NCBI GenBank assembly: GCA_963845145.1
Contig: CAWJQU010000005.1
Location: forward strand, 192,001 to 256,000
DNA from: an uncultured delta proteobacterium
GTDB taxonomy: Bacteria > Desulfobacterota > Desulfobacteria > Desulfobacterales > QNYZ01
Reading direction: 5' to 3'
Length of the DNA: 64,000 bases
A model generated the notes under the pieces. That model did no database searches. It had not been told where the DNA came from and saw nothing but the letters and a program-made list of their open reading frames with translations. This document shows positions 30,975 through 40,804 of the stretch, piece after piece. Numbering within the stretch: the first letter of the stretch is position 1; the number at the start of each line of letters is the position of its first letter. Position numbers and translations under genes: made by a program.

Positions 30975-33452
30975 TTATTCTAAACCAATTTCAGAAAATC
31001 TCCTTTGTTGTGTCTTTTTATTTCGATAAAGAAAAATATGATAAACCGTGCTGATCCAGAAAAGCAAAAACAGCGCTAATGATAATGGGGGCCAAATAAA
31101 ATAACAGGTAATCATTAAGCCAAAAAGTATAAATGGTGCCATCTTTGACCGGGCACATGTTTTAATTGTATCTTCATGGTGTTTTACCATGCCATATAAT
31201 CTGTTAAAACCGTTTTTCAACTTTCCTCGAATAAGAAATAAAACCCCGGCCAGGATGAAGAGGATAAACCACGTGGTAATCTTCGAGAGTTGGTGTCGGG
31301 AGTAAATCACTTTAAAATTCAATGGATCGTCTCCCTTTACAATGGTTTTAGCAAATCGATAGACCTGACCGCCTGTTGGAATTTTGATTTGAATCGGCAT
31401 GACCCCTGTGCCTGTTCCAGCACCATAAACGGATGTCGGGGATACCTTTTGCTGCTTAAGGCCACTCAGCCGTCCGCTGAACTCAAGCTCAGCAGCCATC
31501 TGGCTTGATATCTCTTCGGATTGAATCGGTATATTTGTAAAAGTACTTTGGTAATCTTTTCCGTTATAGGCCACGCCAAGCTGTTCCTGTTTCAATTCTT
31601 TGTTGTTTTTCTTCCTTGCCCGATAAAGGTCGTTCATCACTTTTTCATCATATTGCCGCTGATTATTTGAAAAAACATTAATACCCCGAATGATCTCTTC
31701 TTTTTCCAGGCTGCTGTCAAAATAATGATATGAAAAATCATTGGGCAGATATACCGACCAGATCAATTGGCTTGCAAGCAGATCAATTGACGGAAGCTGA
31801 GAGGTAAGAGAGCCCGACCAGCTAAACCTTTTTTTATTTAAACAATAGATAATCTCAATGGGAAAATCTTTGAGCAGACTGTTTTCCGATCGGGATTTAA
31901 TCAAAGGCACCAGAAGATTTCCCTGCATATTTAAAGAAGATTCTACCGGCTTCTCATCGACAAAAACACTCCAGACATCCGCCTTTGGGGGGAGGTTAAC
32001 CTCCAGAAATTGTTTAGAGCTGTTTCGAACGTTGTATACCAACCGGTGAATCACCTTTCCATCTTCCGTGAAGAGTGTAACGATATTGGCCGAATCGATC
32101 GTGGCGGTTGGCACGGAGATTTTCTGATGCTTTTTTATATCAAGAACCAGACTGAACGGGTGTTTCAGGTATCGAAATGCGTGGATCATCGGTTTAACCG
32201 ATTTATTGTAAAGTGCAGAAGGCAATTTTTGTACGGCAATCTTTTCGAGTTTGCTGGTCTCTTTTATATTGACCTCGGCACTGGTATTGAGCTCAATGCC
32301 GATAAAACCGGTTTCTCGTATCGTGTTGAGCGTGCGCATCCCTGAAAAACCATTGGTGACACTTTTTTCCGACAATGGTTTTTCCGATAAAATTGAGATC
32401 GAAGTATTTCCTTTTCTCCCATAGGTAAACGGAATATGAATAAGCCGCTGATTATCCCTGACAACCTCCTGCCATTCACCAACGCCATCCCCGAAGACCC
32501 TGAGGATATTAATATCTTTCGGAATTTGCAGTTGAACACTGTCAATCTCACTATGTAAAATATTATACATCACTTCAGAATTGATTTTTAATACATCATC
32601 ATCGATCAACATCAGATGAGAGACTTTGCTGTATATCTTAGGAGGGATTTTTTCACTGGGCGCGAGTTGTTTTTTCCATTGGATACTTATGGAACCATTC
32701 GGGGGAATAGTCGCTGACACCCGGGTGATATCGTCTTTAACACTTGATAACATCTGCTGGGCCTGGGGAATTTCGATATCGATACCCTTTAGGGGCAATT
32801 CAAGGCTCAATAAGGTGATCGGTGTTTGTTGAATCGGCAGATGAATTTTGTTCATCCCTTTCTCTATCGCCGTTTTCATGGAAAATGTGACCGTCGCGGT
32901 AAAGTCACCTTTTTCTGAAAGCACAATATGATGAAACCCATTTTCACTGACGACAAGAGGCGCCTGACCATTTACGATGATATCTTCCAGGGCTATATGC
33001 AGGGGCAGTAAAGGAATTTTTAGATATTTATCATCTTTTAATACCTGCAGGTTAAATGTACCTGTAAAGGACATATACCCTTTTTCCAGCTTGCCCTTAT
33101 AAAAGGCCTTGGTGATTAAATAATCAAATGGCGGGACGATGGTTGTTGACTTTTCAACGGGCGTCATGCCGGCTACAAATTTATTGAATTCGTCTTTTGT
33201 GAGCACCACCTGCCCCTGGTGTAACGTATGGGCAGGCGTGACAGTAATTTCCGTATACGCCAGAAGTTTTTGAAATGTTTCCATGGATAAAACCACTTCA
33301 TCCTTATCCAGGGGCAGCAACGCCTTAAATTCCTTCCATGGTATTGTCAACTGGCTACCTTCCTTTGTCTCTTCTGATGCATAAGCAGTTACACAGATCG
33401 ATATCGCTATGATGACGATTCCGAGAATACGGACTAAACGATTGTTGACCAT
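30975..33452 (-). CDS. Large exported, membrane-anchored hypothetical protein
   Basis: Signal peptide, beta-rich body, ~3 C-terminal TM helices; 825 aa. Confidence 0.75.
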   Translation of the reverse strand: MVNNRLVRILGIVIIAISICVTAYASEETKEGSQLTIPWKEFKALLPLDKDEVVLSMETFQKLLAYTEITVTPAHTLHQGQVVLTKDEFNKFVAGMTPVEKSTTIVPPFDYLITKAFYKGKLEKGYMSFTGTFNLQVLKDDKYLKIPLLPLHIALEDIIVNGQAPLVVSENGFHHIVLSEKGDFTATVTFSMKTAIEKGMNKIHLPIQQTPITLLSLELPLKGIDIEIPQAQQMLSSVKDDITRVSATIPPNGSISIQWKKQLAPSEKIPPKIYSKVSHLMLIDDDVLKINSEVMYNILHSEIDSVQLQIPKDINILRVFGDGVGEWQEVVRDNQRLIHIPFTYGRKGNTSISILSEKPLSEKSVTNGFSGMRTLNTIRETGFIGIELNTSAEVNIKETSKLEKIAVQKLPSALYNKSVKPMIHAFRYLKHPFSLVLDIKKHQKISVPTATIDSANIVTLFTEDGKVIHRLVYNVRNSSKQFLEVNLPPKADVWSVFVDEKPVESSLNMQGNLLVPLIKSRSENSLLKDFPIEIIYCLNKKRFSWSGSLTSQLPSIDLLASQLIWSVYLPNDFSYHYFDSSLEKEEIIRGINVFSNNQRQYDEKVMNDLYRARKKNNKELKQEQLGVAYNGKDYQSTFTNIPIQSEEISSQMAAELEFSGRLSGLKQQKVSPTSVYGAGTGTGVMPIQIKIPTGGQVYRFAKTIVKGDDPLNFKVIYSRHQLSKITTWFILFILAGVLFLIRGKLKNGFNRLYGMVKHHEDTIKTCARSKMAPFILFGLMITCYFIWPPLSLALFLLFWISTVYHIFLYRNKKTQQRRFSEIGLE

Positions 33453-33654
33453 TTTGTTTCCCCCTGTTTTTTGAGCCTATTGTTTTGATTTGATTTATGG
33501 CTCACAAATGCCACAGGTTGATTTGCTTGTTGTTATGGGTCCGTAAAAGAGTTGTAAAAATAATGTAAAGGGCTTTTTTACCATGGGCTCATATGGTCAG
33601 ATGGTTTTATCAATGCTATAGAACTGTCTAAATTATAAATAAAAAAGGATTACC

Positions 33655-34254
33655 ATGAAAAAAATTCTAATCGTTTATGACAGTGGATATGGTGCGACAA
33701 AAACGGTTGCAGGTATTATCGAAAAAAGCTTCATAAAAAATGGATTTGGCGTCGATTCTCTCCCGGCGGGTTCCCATCAATTTGATGACTATGATGCAGT
33801 TCTTGTGGGCAGTCCCATTCATGTTGGGAAATGTTCCGGCAAAATATCAAAATTCTTAAAAGACAATTGCCACTTGTTGCGTGAAAAGCCTTTGGCATTT
33901 TTCTTTACATGCATGAGCGTCACGCAAAATAAAGATATTAAAAGCACTTCACTATTTGTTGATCCAGGGTTTAATCTTTTGGATGGACCATCTAGAAAAT
34001 TGAATTTTATGGAAAAAAAACATACGTCTTCATTTTATTTCCAAAATTTAAAAAAGTTAATAGGTGAACAGACCCCTGTCGGCCTGGCCTTTTTTAAGGG
34101 AAATTTGGTTTTAAGCGATCTTAGTCTCATGCACTGGTTTGTTATGAAACTTGCCATGTTTTTTATGCCTGAAATCAAGGAGGGTCGGTTTGTCAATCCA
34201 GAAACTGTCAATAAGTGGTCCGATAATTTGGCAGCTGTTTTCAGAGAAAAATAA
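33655..34254 (+). CDS. Flavodoxin-domain protein (HemG-like)
   Basis: IVYDSGYGATK, YDAVLVGSPI. Confidence 0.75.
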   Translation: MKKILIVYDSGYGATKTVAGIIEKSFIKNGFGVDSLPAGSHQFDDYDAVLVGSPIHVGKCSGKISKFLKDNCHLLREKPLAFFFTCMSVTQNKDIKSTSLFVDPGFNLLDGPSRKLNFMEKKHTSSFYFQNLKKLIGEQTPVGLAFFKGNLVLSDLSLMHWFVMKLAMFFMPEIKEGRFVNPETVNKWSDNLAAVFREK

Positions 34255-34444
34255 AAAATAGGCACCGAAAATTTTCTGGGGTCTGAATGGGGAACAGGGC
34301 GCCTAAGCGTATAGTTTGCGGCAGAATTTTATCAAGCCACTGCCGGAGGTCGTCACCATATAGTCCCAGGCCGCGCATCTAACGGCATTGATCGTAACGG
34401 GCCGGTCGCTATCTGAAGGTAACAGGCTCCTCGGAGGAAAATCG

Positions 34445-35173
34445 ATGACGAGTACAGACCTATGTTTTGACATTAAGCGTCAACCGGACGACACGGCCTG
34501 CGGCCCGACATGCCTGCATGCTGTTTACCGCTATTACGGCGACTCCATTGGACTTCCTGAAGTGATTTCCGAAACCCTTCAGTTGACCGGCGGCGGAACC
34601 CTCTCGGTCTGGCTGGCCTGCCATGCCCTGCAACGTGGGTACCAGACCACGATTTTCCCTTACAACCTGCAGATTTTTGATCCTACCTGGTCCGGTTTCC
34701 CCCCCGAAACCATTGCACAAAGACTCAAACGCCAACTGGATTGGAAAGGAGAGATACCCGGTTTCAGGCGCGTAACCAACGCTTACCTTGACTACATAAG
34801 GCTGGGGGGTGAGCTGAAATTCGAGGTGATGACAGCGGCTCTTATCCGGAGATACTTGAAAAAATCGATACCGATACTGACTGGATTAAGCGCAACATAC
34901 CTGTATGGTACCGCAAGGGAGGCTGATGTGGATGGCCAGTGCGTGTTCGATGATGTGCGTGGCGAATCGGTCGGCCATTTCGTGGTTTTGGCCGGATACA
35001 ATCGCGAGAATCGCACAGTTTTGGTTGCAGACCCTTTTGTACCCAACCCCGTTGCGCCAAGCCGTTTCTATCCCGTCAACATTTATCGGTTAATTTGCGC
35101 AATTATGCTCGGCATCCTGACCTATGATGGCGACATGCTCATCATCAGGAAAGGAAAACAGAAAAAAACATAG
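34445..35173 (+). CDS. Peptidase C39-like protein
   Basis: QPDDTACGPTCL (Q/C), GHFVVL, ADP (H/D). Confidence 0.75.
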   Translation: MTSTDLCFDIKRQPDDTACGPTCLHAVYRYYGDSIGLPEVISETLQLTGGGTLSVWLACHALQRGYQTTIFPYNLQIFDPTWSGFPPETIAQRLKRQLDWKGEIPGFRRVTNAYLDYIRLGGELKFEVMTAALIRRYLKKSIPILTGLSATYLYGTAREADVDGQCVFDDVRGESVGHFVVLAGYNRENRTVLVADPFVPNPVAPSRFYPVNIYRLICAIMLGILTYDGDMLIIRKGKQKKT

Positions 35174-35327
35174 GAGACCGGCGCATATGATTTTCGACTT
35201 AGAAGAAATTTCTTAACCGTGAAAAAGGGGTGTGAAAAAAGGGGTCGCCAAGCTAACATACAGAATTTACATTTTATTCATTCCAAAACCATAAGCTTTT
35301 ACCTTCTATGAGGCACCCCATGATGAC

Positions 35328-36458
35328 CTATATGAACCGCTTCATGATCGAATCCACAATGCTGTCCGTGTTATCCGGGGTGGCCCCCAATTCTATGCAC
35401 ATTTGTTCAGCATAACCACGTTTCACCGGGTCATTGAGATCCTTAACCAGGGACAGACGGTGACTGCGCCTGCCAATGGAAAAGACCATCTGTTTGTGTG
35501 GACTGAGTTGCAGGAACTCACGAACTGGCGCTACCATCTTTTCCTTGTCCTGGGGAAGTTGGCCATCAATCTCTGAGAACAAATTCAGCACATGGTCGCT
35601 TTTTAGGGTACTCCCGATCCCCTTTAATGCCTCTAAAAATAGAAGCAGTTCCTGAGCCGTCTCCACATCCCCCATTTTGTCAAAATCACCCTTCTCGTAC
35701 TGTTCCGTCAGCGGGGTGCCGTTGGGCAGGGCCAATGTCCGCAGGCGGATGAAGTCCGGGTTGATCTGATTTAGTGCATCCGCGGTCTCCAGGGCATTTT
35801 CCCGGAGCAGGCTCCGCCCACCTAAACCCGGCATATAGTATTCCGATAGTTCCATGCCGGCTTTTTTAACCTTTTGGCCGGCCCGAATCTGGGTTGCCTT
35901 ATCCGAACCTTTTTTAACCCTTTGCAATACCATGTCCGATCCCGATTCCATACCGATGTGAATTCGATTCAAACCAGCCTCGGCGATGCGTTTAAGATCA
36001 TCATCCCCAATTCGGGCAACAGTATGGGAACGTGCGTAGGAGGTCACACGATCCACCTCGGGAAACGCCTTTTTAAGATGTTCCAGAATACATACCAGGT
36101 CATCGGGTTTGATGACCAGGCTGTTGCCGTCCTGAAGGAAAATCGACTTCATTCCGTTGGCCACAAAACTGCGGGCCGCATATAGCGCTTGGGAATCTGT
36201 GACATCGCCATTTTGGGAAAAACGGCCATCAAGGCCTCGGGTTTCCAAGATCGCCTTAACATAGAAATGGACCTGTTCGATATCTTTCAAGACATGTTCG
36301 ACTGGCCGCAGGCTGAACTTCGTTCCCTTGTATACAGGACAGAAGGTACACCGGTTCCAGGGGCAGTTACGGGTGATGCGTATGAGCAGGCTCCCGGCTT
36401 CACTGGGCGGGCGAATAGGCCCTTGCTCAAATCCGGTATAGGGTTCGATCTTTTTCAT
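35328..36458 (-). CDS. Radical SAM protein
   Basis: IRPPSEA, CPWNRCTFC, GMESG, SDH. Confidence 0.88.
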   Translation of the reverse strand: MKKIEPYTGFEQGPIRPPSEAGSLLIRITRNCPWNRCTFCPVYKGTKFSLRPVEHVLKDIEQVHFYVKAILETRGLDGRFSQNGDVTDSQALYAARSFVANGMKSIFLQDGNSLVIKPDDLVCILEHLKKAFPEVDRVTSYARSHTVARIGDDDLKRIAEAGLNRIHIGMESGSDMVLQRVKKGSDKATQIRAGQKVKKAGMELSEYYMPGLGGRSLLRENALETADALNQINPDFIRLRTLALPNGTPLTEQYEKGDFDKMGDVETAQELLLFLEALKGIGSTLKSDHVLNLFSEIDGQLPQDKEKMVAPVREFLQLSPHKQMVFSIGRRSHRLSLVKDLNDPVKRGYAEQMCIELGATPDNTDSIVDSIMKRFI

Positions 36459-38164
36459 TTTTTCTCCTCTAACTTCTGTCTGATGGCTGCAAACATGCCG
36501 TGCAGGTCATCTTCCGAATAGGGGACGGTTTCATGATAGGGTGGCAGGGATTCCTGGTGGAACATGTCCGGAAGGCGGTCATCTTTTCCGGTCAGCCCGG
36601 CACGGCAATTAAAATCGATTTCTGCTGTCAGGCAACGCAGGCCGAGCGCTTGCCACTCCTTGGGACCGAATGGTTGCCCGGAAAGTGCCGCGACAGCACC
36701 CAGAAGATTATTCATCCCGCCGGATTGAGCAAACATGCACAACCCCATGCTGTCCACTGCCGCCATATGGGTTTGGGAGGATTGGGATGCATTTATGAGT
36801 GTGTGGGCAGGCCCACGCGCACCACCCACAAATCCGGCAGTGTGATCCCCCCCCATGGGAGAGGTGGCATAGGTCACCCCCATTCCGGGCATGGCCCGGG
36901 GATCGTAACCGGCAATGCTCTGCCCTTTAATCGTGGGGACCCTCGAATGGTTATAATAGCGGCCCACGGCATCGGGCCCTTGGCCGATCAGCCGTCCCAG
37001 CTTTGTACCTTTTGCAACAGATGCGACCGTTTTTATTGCAGCCTCTGAATCGCCAAAAGCAATGACACCGGCGTCCATGGCCACTGCCAGGGCGACCCCG
37101 GTGTTCATCGTGTCCAGTCCGATATCATCACACAGAAAGTCGAGACGGGCGATGGCGTCGAGATCATCAATACCGGTCATGGCACCCATCGACCATAGGG
37201 TTTCGTATTCCAGGGCCGAGGTAATGGGCTTCCCGGACGTATCCACGTAAACATTGGAACAATGAATGACACATTGACTGCACCCTTTATGGGTGGTTTT
37301 ACCGCCTCGTTGTTTGATCGTATCCGCCAGGGTGTCGCCGTTTATTCGGTCCGCGCCCTCGAAGCTTCCCTCCCGGGCGTTGCGCGTGGGAAGTGCCCCT
37401 GAGGCGTCTGTATTGGCCAGGATGCTGGCTGTTCCGAATTTGGGGAGCACCCCACCACTCCATCCGTCTTGTTTTATCGCGGCCGCAAATCGTTTGGATA
37501 TTTCCTTAAAGGCAGCTGGGTCGGCAATCTGCTTTACCTCTTTCCCCTGCCTCGATACAATCAGGGCCTTTAACCCCTTGGATCCCATGACCGCGCCGAG
37601 GCCGCCCCGCGCCGCTGCCCGGCATGGCTTCCCATCGGAATCAGTGGTCTGGATGGAGGCGCCCGTCAGCAGCATTTCCCCTGCCGGGCCAATGGAGGAA
37701 ATAGCGTTTTTTTCGCCGAACACGTTCAACAGACGTCCGGCCACCGCGTAGTTTCCCATCCCAAGGCAATCCCTGGCTTCCTTTAGCGAGGCCTGGCCGT
37801 TGGCATCGATCACTAAATGGAACAACTCACCTGCCGGGGCCGCCCCTTCAATGATCACCGCACGGATACCATGCCGAGAGAGCGCATGGGCCATGGTCCC
37901 GCCCACATTGCTCTCCTTGATGCCGCCCGTCAGGGGACTTTTGGCCCCGATAGAAAGCCTTGCCGTGTTCACCAAAGGGGTCCCGCCTAAAAACCCGGGG
38001 GCGAAAATCAGAAGATTGTCTTTTCCCAAGGGGGCACAGTCTGCTGGGACATGATCGTTGATTAAGACCGAGGTCAATCCGCGCCCGCCAAGACCGACGA
38101 ACGGTTCGGGGATCGGTTCTTCGGATATCAAGCCAGACGTCATATTAACGCGAATAAACGTCAT
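36455..38164 (-). CDS. aor: Aldehyde:ferredoxin oxidoreductase (W/Mo AOR family)
   Basis: LGGRG, KSPLTG, AARGGLGAVMGSKGLK, EYET, GLDTM, DSMGLC. Confidence 0.88.
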   Translation of the reverse strand: MTFIRVNMTSGLISEEPIPEPFVGLGGRGLTSVLINDHVPADCAPLGKDNLLIFAPGFLGGTPLVNTARLSIGAKSPLTGGIKESNVGGTMAHALSRHGIRAVIIEGAAPAGELFHLVIDANGQASLKEARDCLGMGNYAVAGRLLNVFGEKNAISSIGPAGEMLLTGASIQTTDSDGKPCRAAARGGLGAVMGSKGLKALIVSRQGKEVKQIADPAAFKEISKRFAAAIKQDGWSGGVLPKFGTASILANTDASGALPTRNAREGSFEGADRINGDTLADTIKQRGGKTTHKGCSQCVIHCSNVYVDTSGKPITSALEYETLWSMGAMTGIDDLDAIARLDFLCDDIGLDTMNTGVALAVAMDAGVIAFGDSEAAIKTVASVAKGTKLGRLIGQGPDAVGRYYNHSRVPTIKGQSIAGYDPRAMPGMGVTYATSPMGGDHTAGFVGGARGPAHTLINASQSSQTHMAAVDSMGLCMFAQSGGMNNLLGAVAALSGQPFGPKEWQALGLRCLTAEIDFNCRAGLTGKDDRLPDMFHQESLPPYHETVPYSEDDLHGMFAAIRQKLEEKK

Positions 38165-38336
38165 TGGTTACCTCATTAAATGTTCGAACCTGCCTACTGT
38201 ACCAGGGTGTAACGTCATTTCAACATTATTTGTGTTGAAAGGTAGCCTTGAATTGCATTTATGCAGGATAGTTAAGAATGAGGGAAAAAACAAGAAGTGA
38301 CTACTGCCCAAAATGAGCGTAGTCACTGATATTGTT

Positions 38337-38381
38337 TGGTACGCCCGTCAGGATTTAAACCTGCGACCTACGGATCCGAAG
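38337..38381 (-). pseudogene. Degenerate 3' half of tRNA-Arg(TCG); att-site-like island boundary
   Basis: Minus strand CTTCGGATCCGTAGGTCGCAGGTTTAAATCCTGACGGGCGTACCA: anticodon loop, decayed T-arm, CCA. Confidence 0.7.
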
Positions 38382-38585
38382 AGTATCCGTTTGAAAGTTG
38401 CAAATGGTTGTATTCTTGACAACTTGTAATCAAAACAAATTTTCCGAGTGTTTTTAGTTTCGTTTGAAAATGCTTGGAAAAATTTGACCTTGACGGGCAC
38501 AATTTGGGCACAGTAAAGGGCGAAGGAATTTTAGTCCCCTGCCCTCGATAGCCTAACAAACCTATAAAACCATTCAATCGACATC

Positions 38586-38750
38586 ATCTGAAAAAATGGA
38601 CTTCCCATCGTTACCGCATCAAAGTACGAGGTAAAACGCTCCCTCGAATTCGATCCGCCATTGCCTGCCGCCCCATTTCCTGCCCATTGATTGTCCTTAT
38701 CAGATTTCAACTCCAGCTTTAATCATTATTACTCAAATCAAGATTTGATA
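38586..38750 (-). pseudogene. RAYT-like element remnant A (5' end of gene plus terminal repeat)
   Basis: Encodes RQWRIEFEGAFY..; TTACTCAAATCAAGATTTGATA at 38729-38750. Confidence 0.7.
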
Positions 38751-38976
38751 ATCATATAAAGGTCTGGAGGTCGATCAGATTATATAGGGAAGTAGTAGGT
38801 AAAGTATTGCTCGTCAAGCGTGGCATTTTCCTGACGGAACGCTGGCGCTAAATGCCACTACGGCCCGACAAGCTGGAAATAAAGACACCTCCCTAACCAT
38901 GGCAAGTGATGCGATGCTATGGTACCAGTAATGCATGATGCATTAACATTTATCTTTTGGATTTAGGAGGTGTCTG

Positions 38977-39993
38977 ATGGCAACATATGCTGGAATCGAT
39001 CTGCATTCAAGTAATAATTATTTAGGTATTATCGACGATAATGATCAACGGCTCTACGGTCGGCGGTTACCCAACGATTTGAATCAAATTTTAGCGGCGC
39101 TTGATCCGTTTCGGGATACCCTGGAAGCAGTGGTCGTCGAATCGACTTTTAACTGGTACTGGCTAGTAGACGGATTACAAGAACATGGATACAAATTGCA
39201 TTTAGCCAATCCTTCAGCCATGGTGCAATATAGCGGGTTAAAACATACCGATGACCAATCCGATGCGTATTGGCTGGCGCATATGAAACGATTGAACCTA
39301 TTGCCTGAGGGTTACATATATCCGAAGAAAGACCGGCCGGTGCGAGATTTAATGCGTCGAAGGCTTTTATTTGTCAAGCAGCGAACGTCTCAGATCTTGA
39401 GTCTAAAAAGCATGGTTTACCGTAACCTGGGCCAACGGATCGGAGTCAACCGGATTAAGCAGTTAAAAGAAGAAGATACCGATGAGATGTTTAAGGCCCC
39501 TCATTTAGCGATGGCTGCCGGTCACAGTATTGCGACGATCCGTTTTCTGGGTGAACGGATCCAATCCATGGAAAAGGCGATCCTTGGAAAAGTGAAGCTG
39601 AGACCCGCGTTCGGTTATCTGTTAACGCTACCTGGGATTGGCAAGATCCTGGGACCAACCATCATGCTCGAAGTCGGGGATATCAGCCGGTTTCAAAAGG
39701 TGGGTAATTACACATCTTATTGTCGCTGTGTCAAAAGTGAAAGGTTATCCAATAACAAATGCAAGGGAACGGGAAATCGCAAGAACGGTAACCGGTATTT
39801 GTCTTGGGCGTATGTGGAGGCCGCGCATATTGCCGCTCGCTACAATATAAGCGCTCGCAGGTTTTACCAACGCAAAAAGGCCCGCACGAGTTCAACCGTG
39901 GCGGTAAAAGCGTTAGCCCACAAGCTGGCCCGGGCTTCGTATTACATCATGCGTGATCAGGTCCCTTTTGATGAGGGAAAGCTTTTTAGATAA
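38977..39993 (+). CDS. IS110-family DEDD recombinase/transposase (intact ORF)
   Basis: AGIDLH, VVES, KHTD..DA, LPGIG, EVGDISRF, GNRYL. Confidence 0.92.
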   Translation: MATYAGIDLHSSNNYLGIIDDNDQRLYGRRLPNDLNQILAALDPFRDTLEAVVVESTFNWYWLVDGLQEHGYKLHLANPSAMVQYSGLKHTDDQSDAYWLAHMKRLNLLPEGYIYPKKDRPVRDLMRRRLLFVKQRTSQILSLKSMVYRNLGQRIGVNRIKQLKEEDTDEMFKAPHLAMAAGHSIATIRFLGERIQSMEKAILGKVKLRPAFGYLLTLPGIGKILGPTIMLEVGDISRFQKVGNYTSYCRCVKSERLSNNKCKGTGNRKNGNRYLSWAYVEAAHIAARYNISARRFYQRKKARTSSTVAVKALAHKLARASYYIMRDQVPFDEGKLFR

Positions 39994-40000
39994 TCAGTTT

Positions 40001-40320
40001 GGATGCGGCCGAGAACCGGGATAGGTGTTGGTTAAAAACCAAAAGGTTTGATTGGTATTGGCCGCATCCTTAAAAAAAACAGCCGGTAATTGTTTTGTTA
40101 ACTTGATTCGCCCATGCCGTGAGTCCACAAGGTGTTGGTTAAAAACCATTAGATTTGTCATCTTTTCAATTGAACACGGTATGGAACCGAAGATTTTCTG
40201 GTCCGCCGATGGCGGAAAGGGCCTTGTTTTAAGCGTTGCACAGATAAAATGCAAATATTGCTTAAACACAATCGCCTTGAACCTGATGGGTGACTGGTGC
40301 GGATCAGTTTTTAGCTGATG
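40001..40320 (+). ncRNA. Putative bridge/seek RNA of the IS110 element
   Basis: Stems 40001-10/40060-69 and 40112-21/40175-84 each enclose GGTGT-TGGTTAAAAACCA; ATGGGTG at 40286-92 equals the element right end. Confidence 0.6.
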
Positions 40321-40537
40321 CGTAGCCTATTACAAAGAAGTAGCGGGTGCGAACAGGTGACAAAAACGAGGCTGTGTATTTGTACGCAAATCAGGTCAAT
40401 AGAAAAAAGTTAATTTTTTTCCGTAGGAGAGGTGTTTTTTCTCTTGTCCTAACCTTTAATGGGTGACACCATTCCTCACCCCGTTGATATGCCGCATACA
40501 GCGGGCCAGCTTCGCATCCGGGGTCTACGAGCAGATG

Positions 40538-40772
40538 CTAATGGGTCGGCATTAAACAGTAAGCGGATACCTTCAAGTTAAACAGAGTTGTAGTCTCTTG
40601 CAAAATATCTAAAAAGAGGCCAATATCCTTTTTGTCGATAAACAGCTCTTGCCCACGACAGGCACGGTTCACCACATGGTACCAGACATTGGGGTATTGG
40701 ATTCTTAGGGGCCGTGACATCGTTGGATACTATCAGGCAGAAAAAGAAAGGTCGAACAGAGACTTGACCCCC
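40538..40772 (-). pseudogene. Second-type RAYT (Y1 HUH) transposase, N-terminal fragment
   Basis: MSRPLRIQYPNVWYHVVNR...YCLMPTH; GACTTGACCCC motif upstream. Confidence 0.75.
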
Positions 40773-40804
40773 ACTCTTTTCAAACAAAATCTAAGGAGAT
40801 CTCA

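Larger units (their letters stand above)
38874..40465 (+). mobile_element. IS110/IS1111-type element with long downstream non-coding region
   Basis: Inferred TG core at both ends (ACAAGC-TG-GAAATAAAG ... TAATGGG-TG-ACACC); ACACCTC/GAGGTGT subterminal repeat. Confidence 0.65.

Noticed and set aside
34255..34440. Riboswitch upstream of the C39-like peptidase
   Set aside because: No recognisable aptamer consensus or convincing terminator.
36500..38054. Long antisense ORFs over AOR (and similar shadow ORFs elsewhere)
   Set aside because: Codon-bias shadows of well-supported genes on the opposite strand.
39994..40318. ORFs 39994-40269 and 40052-40318 as proteins
   Set aside because: No RBS or recognisable motifs; better explained as IS110 non-coding RNA.
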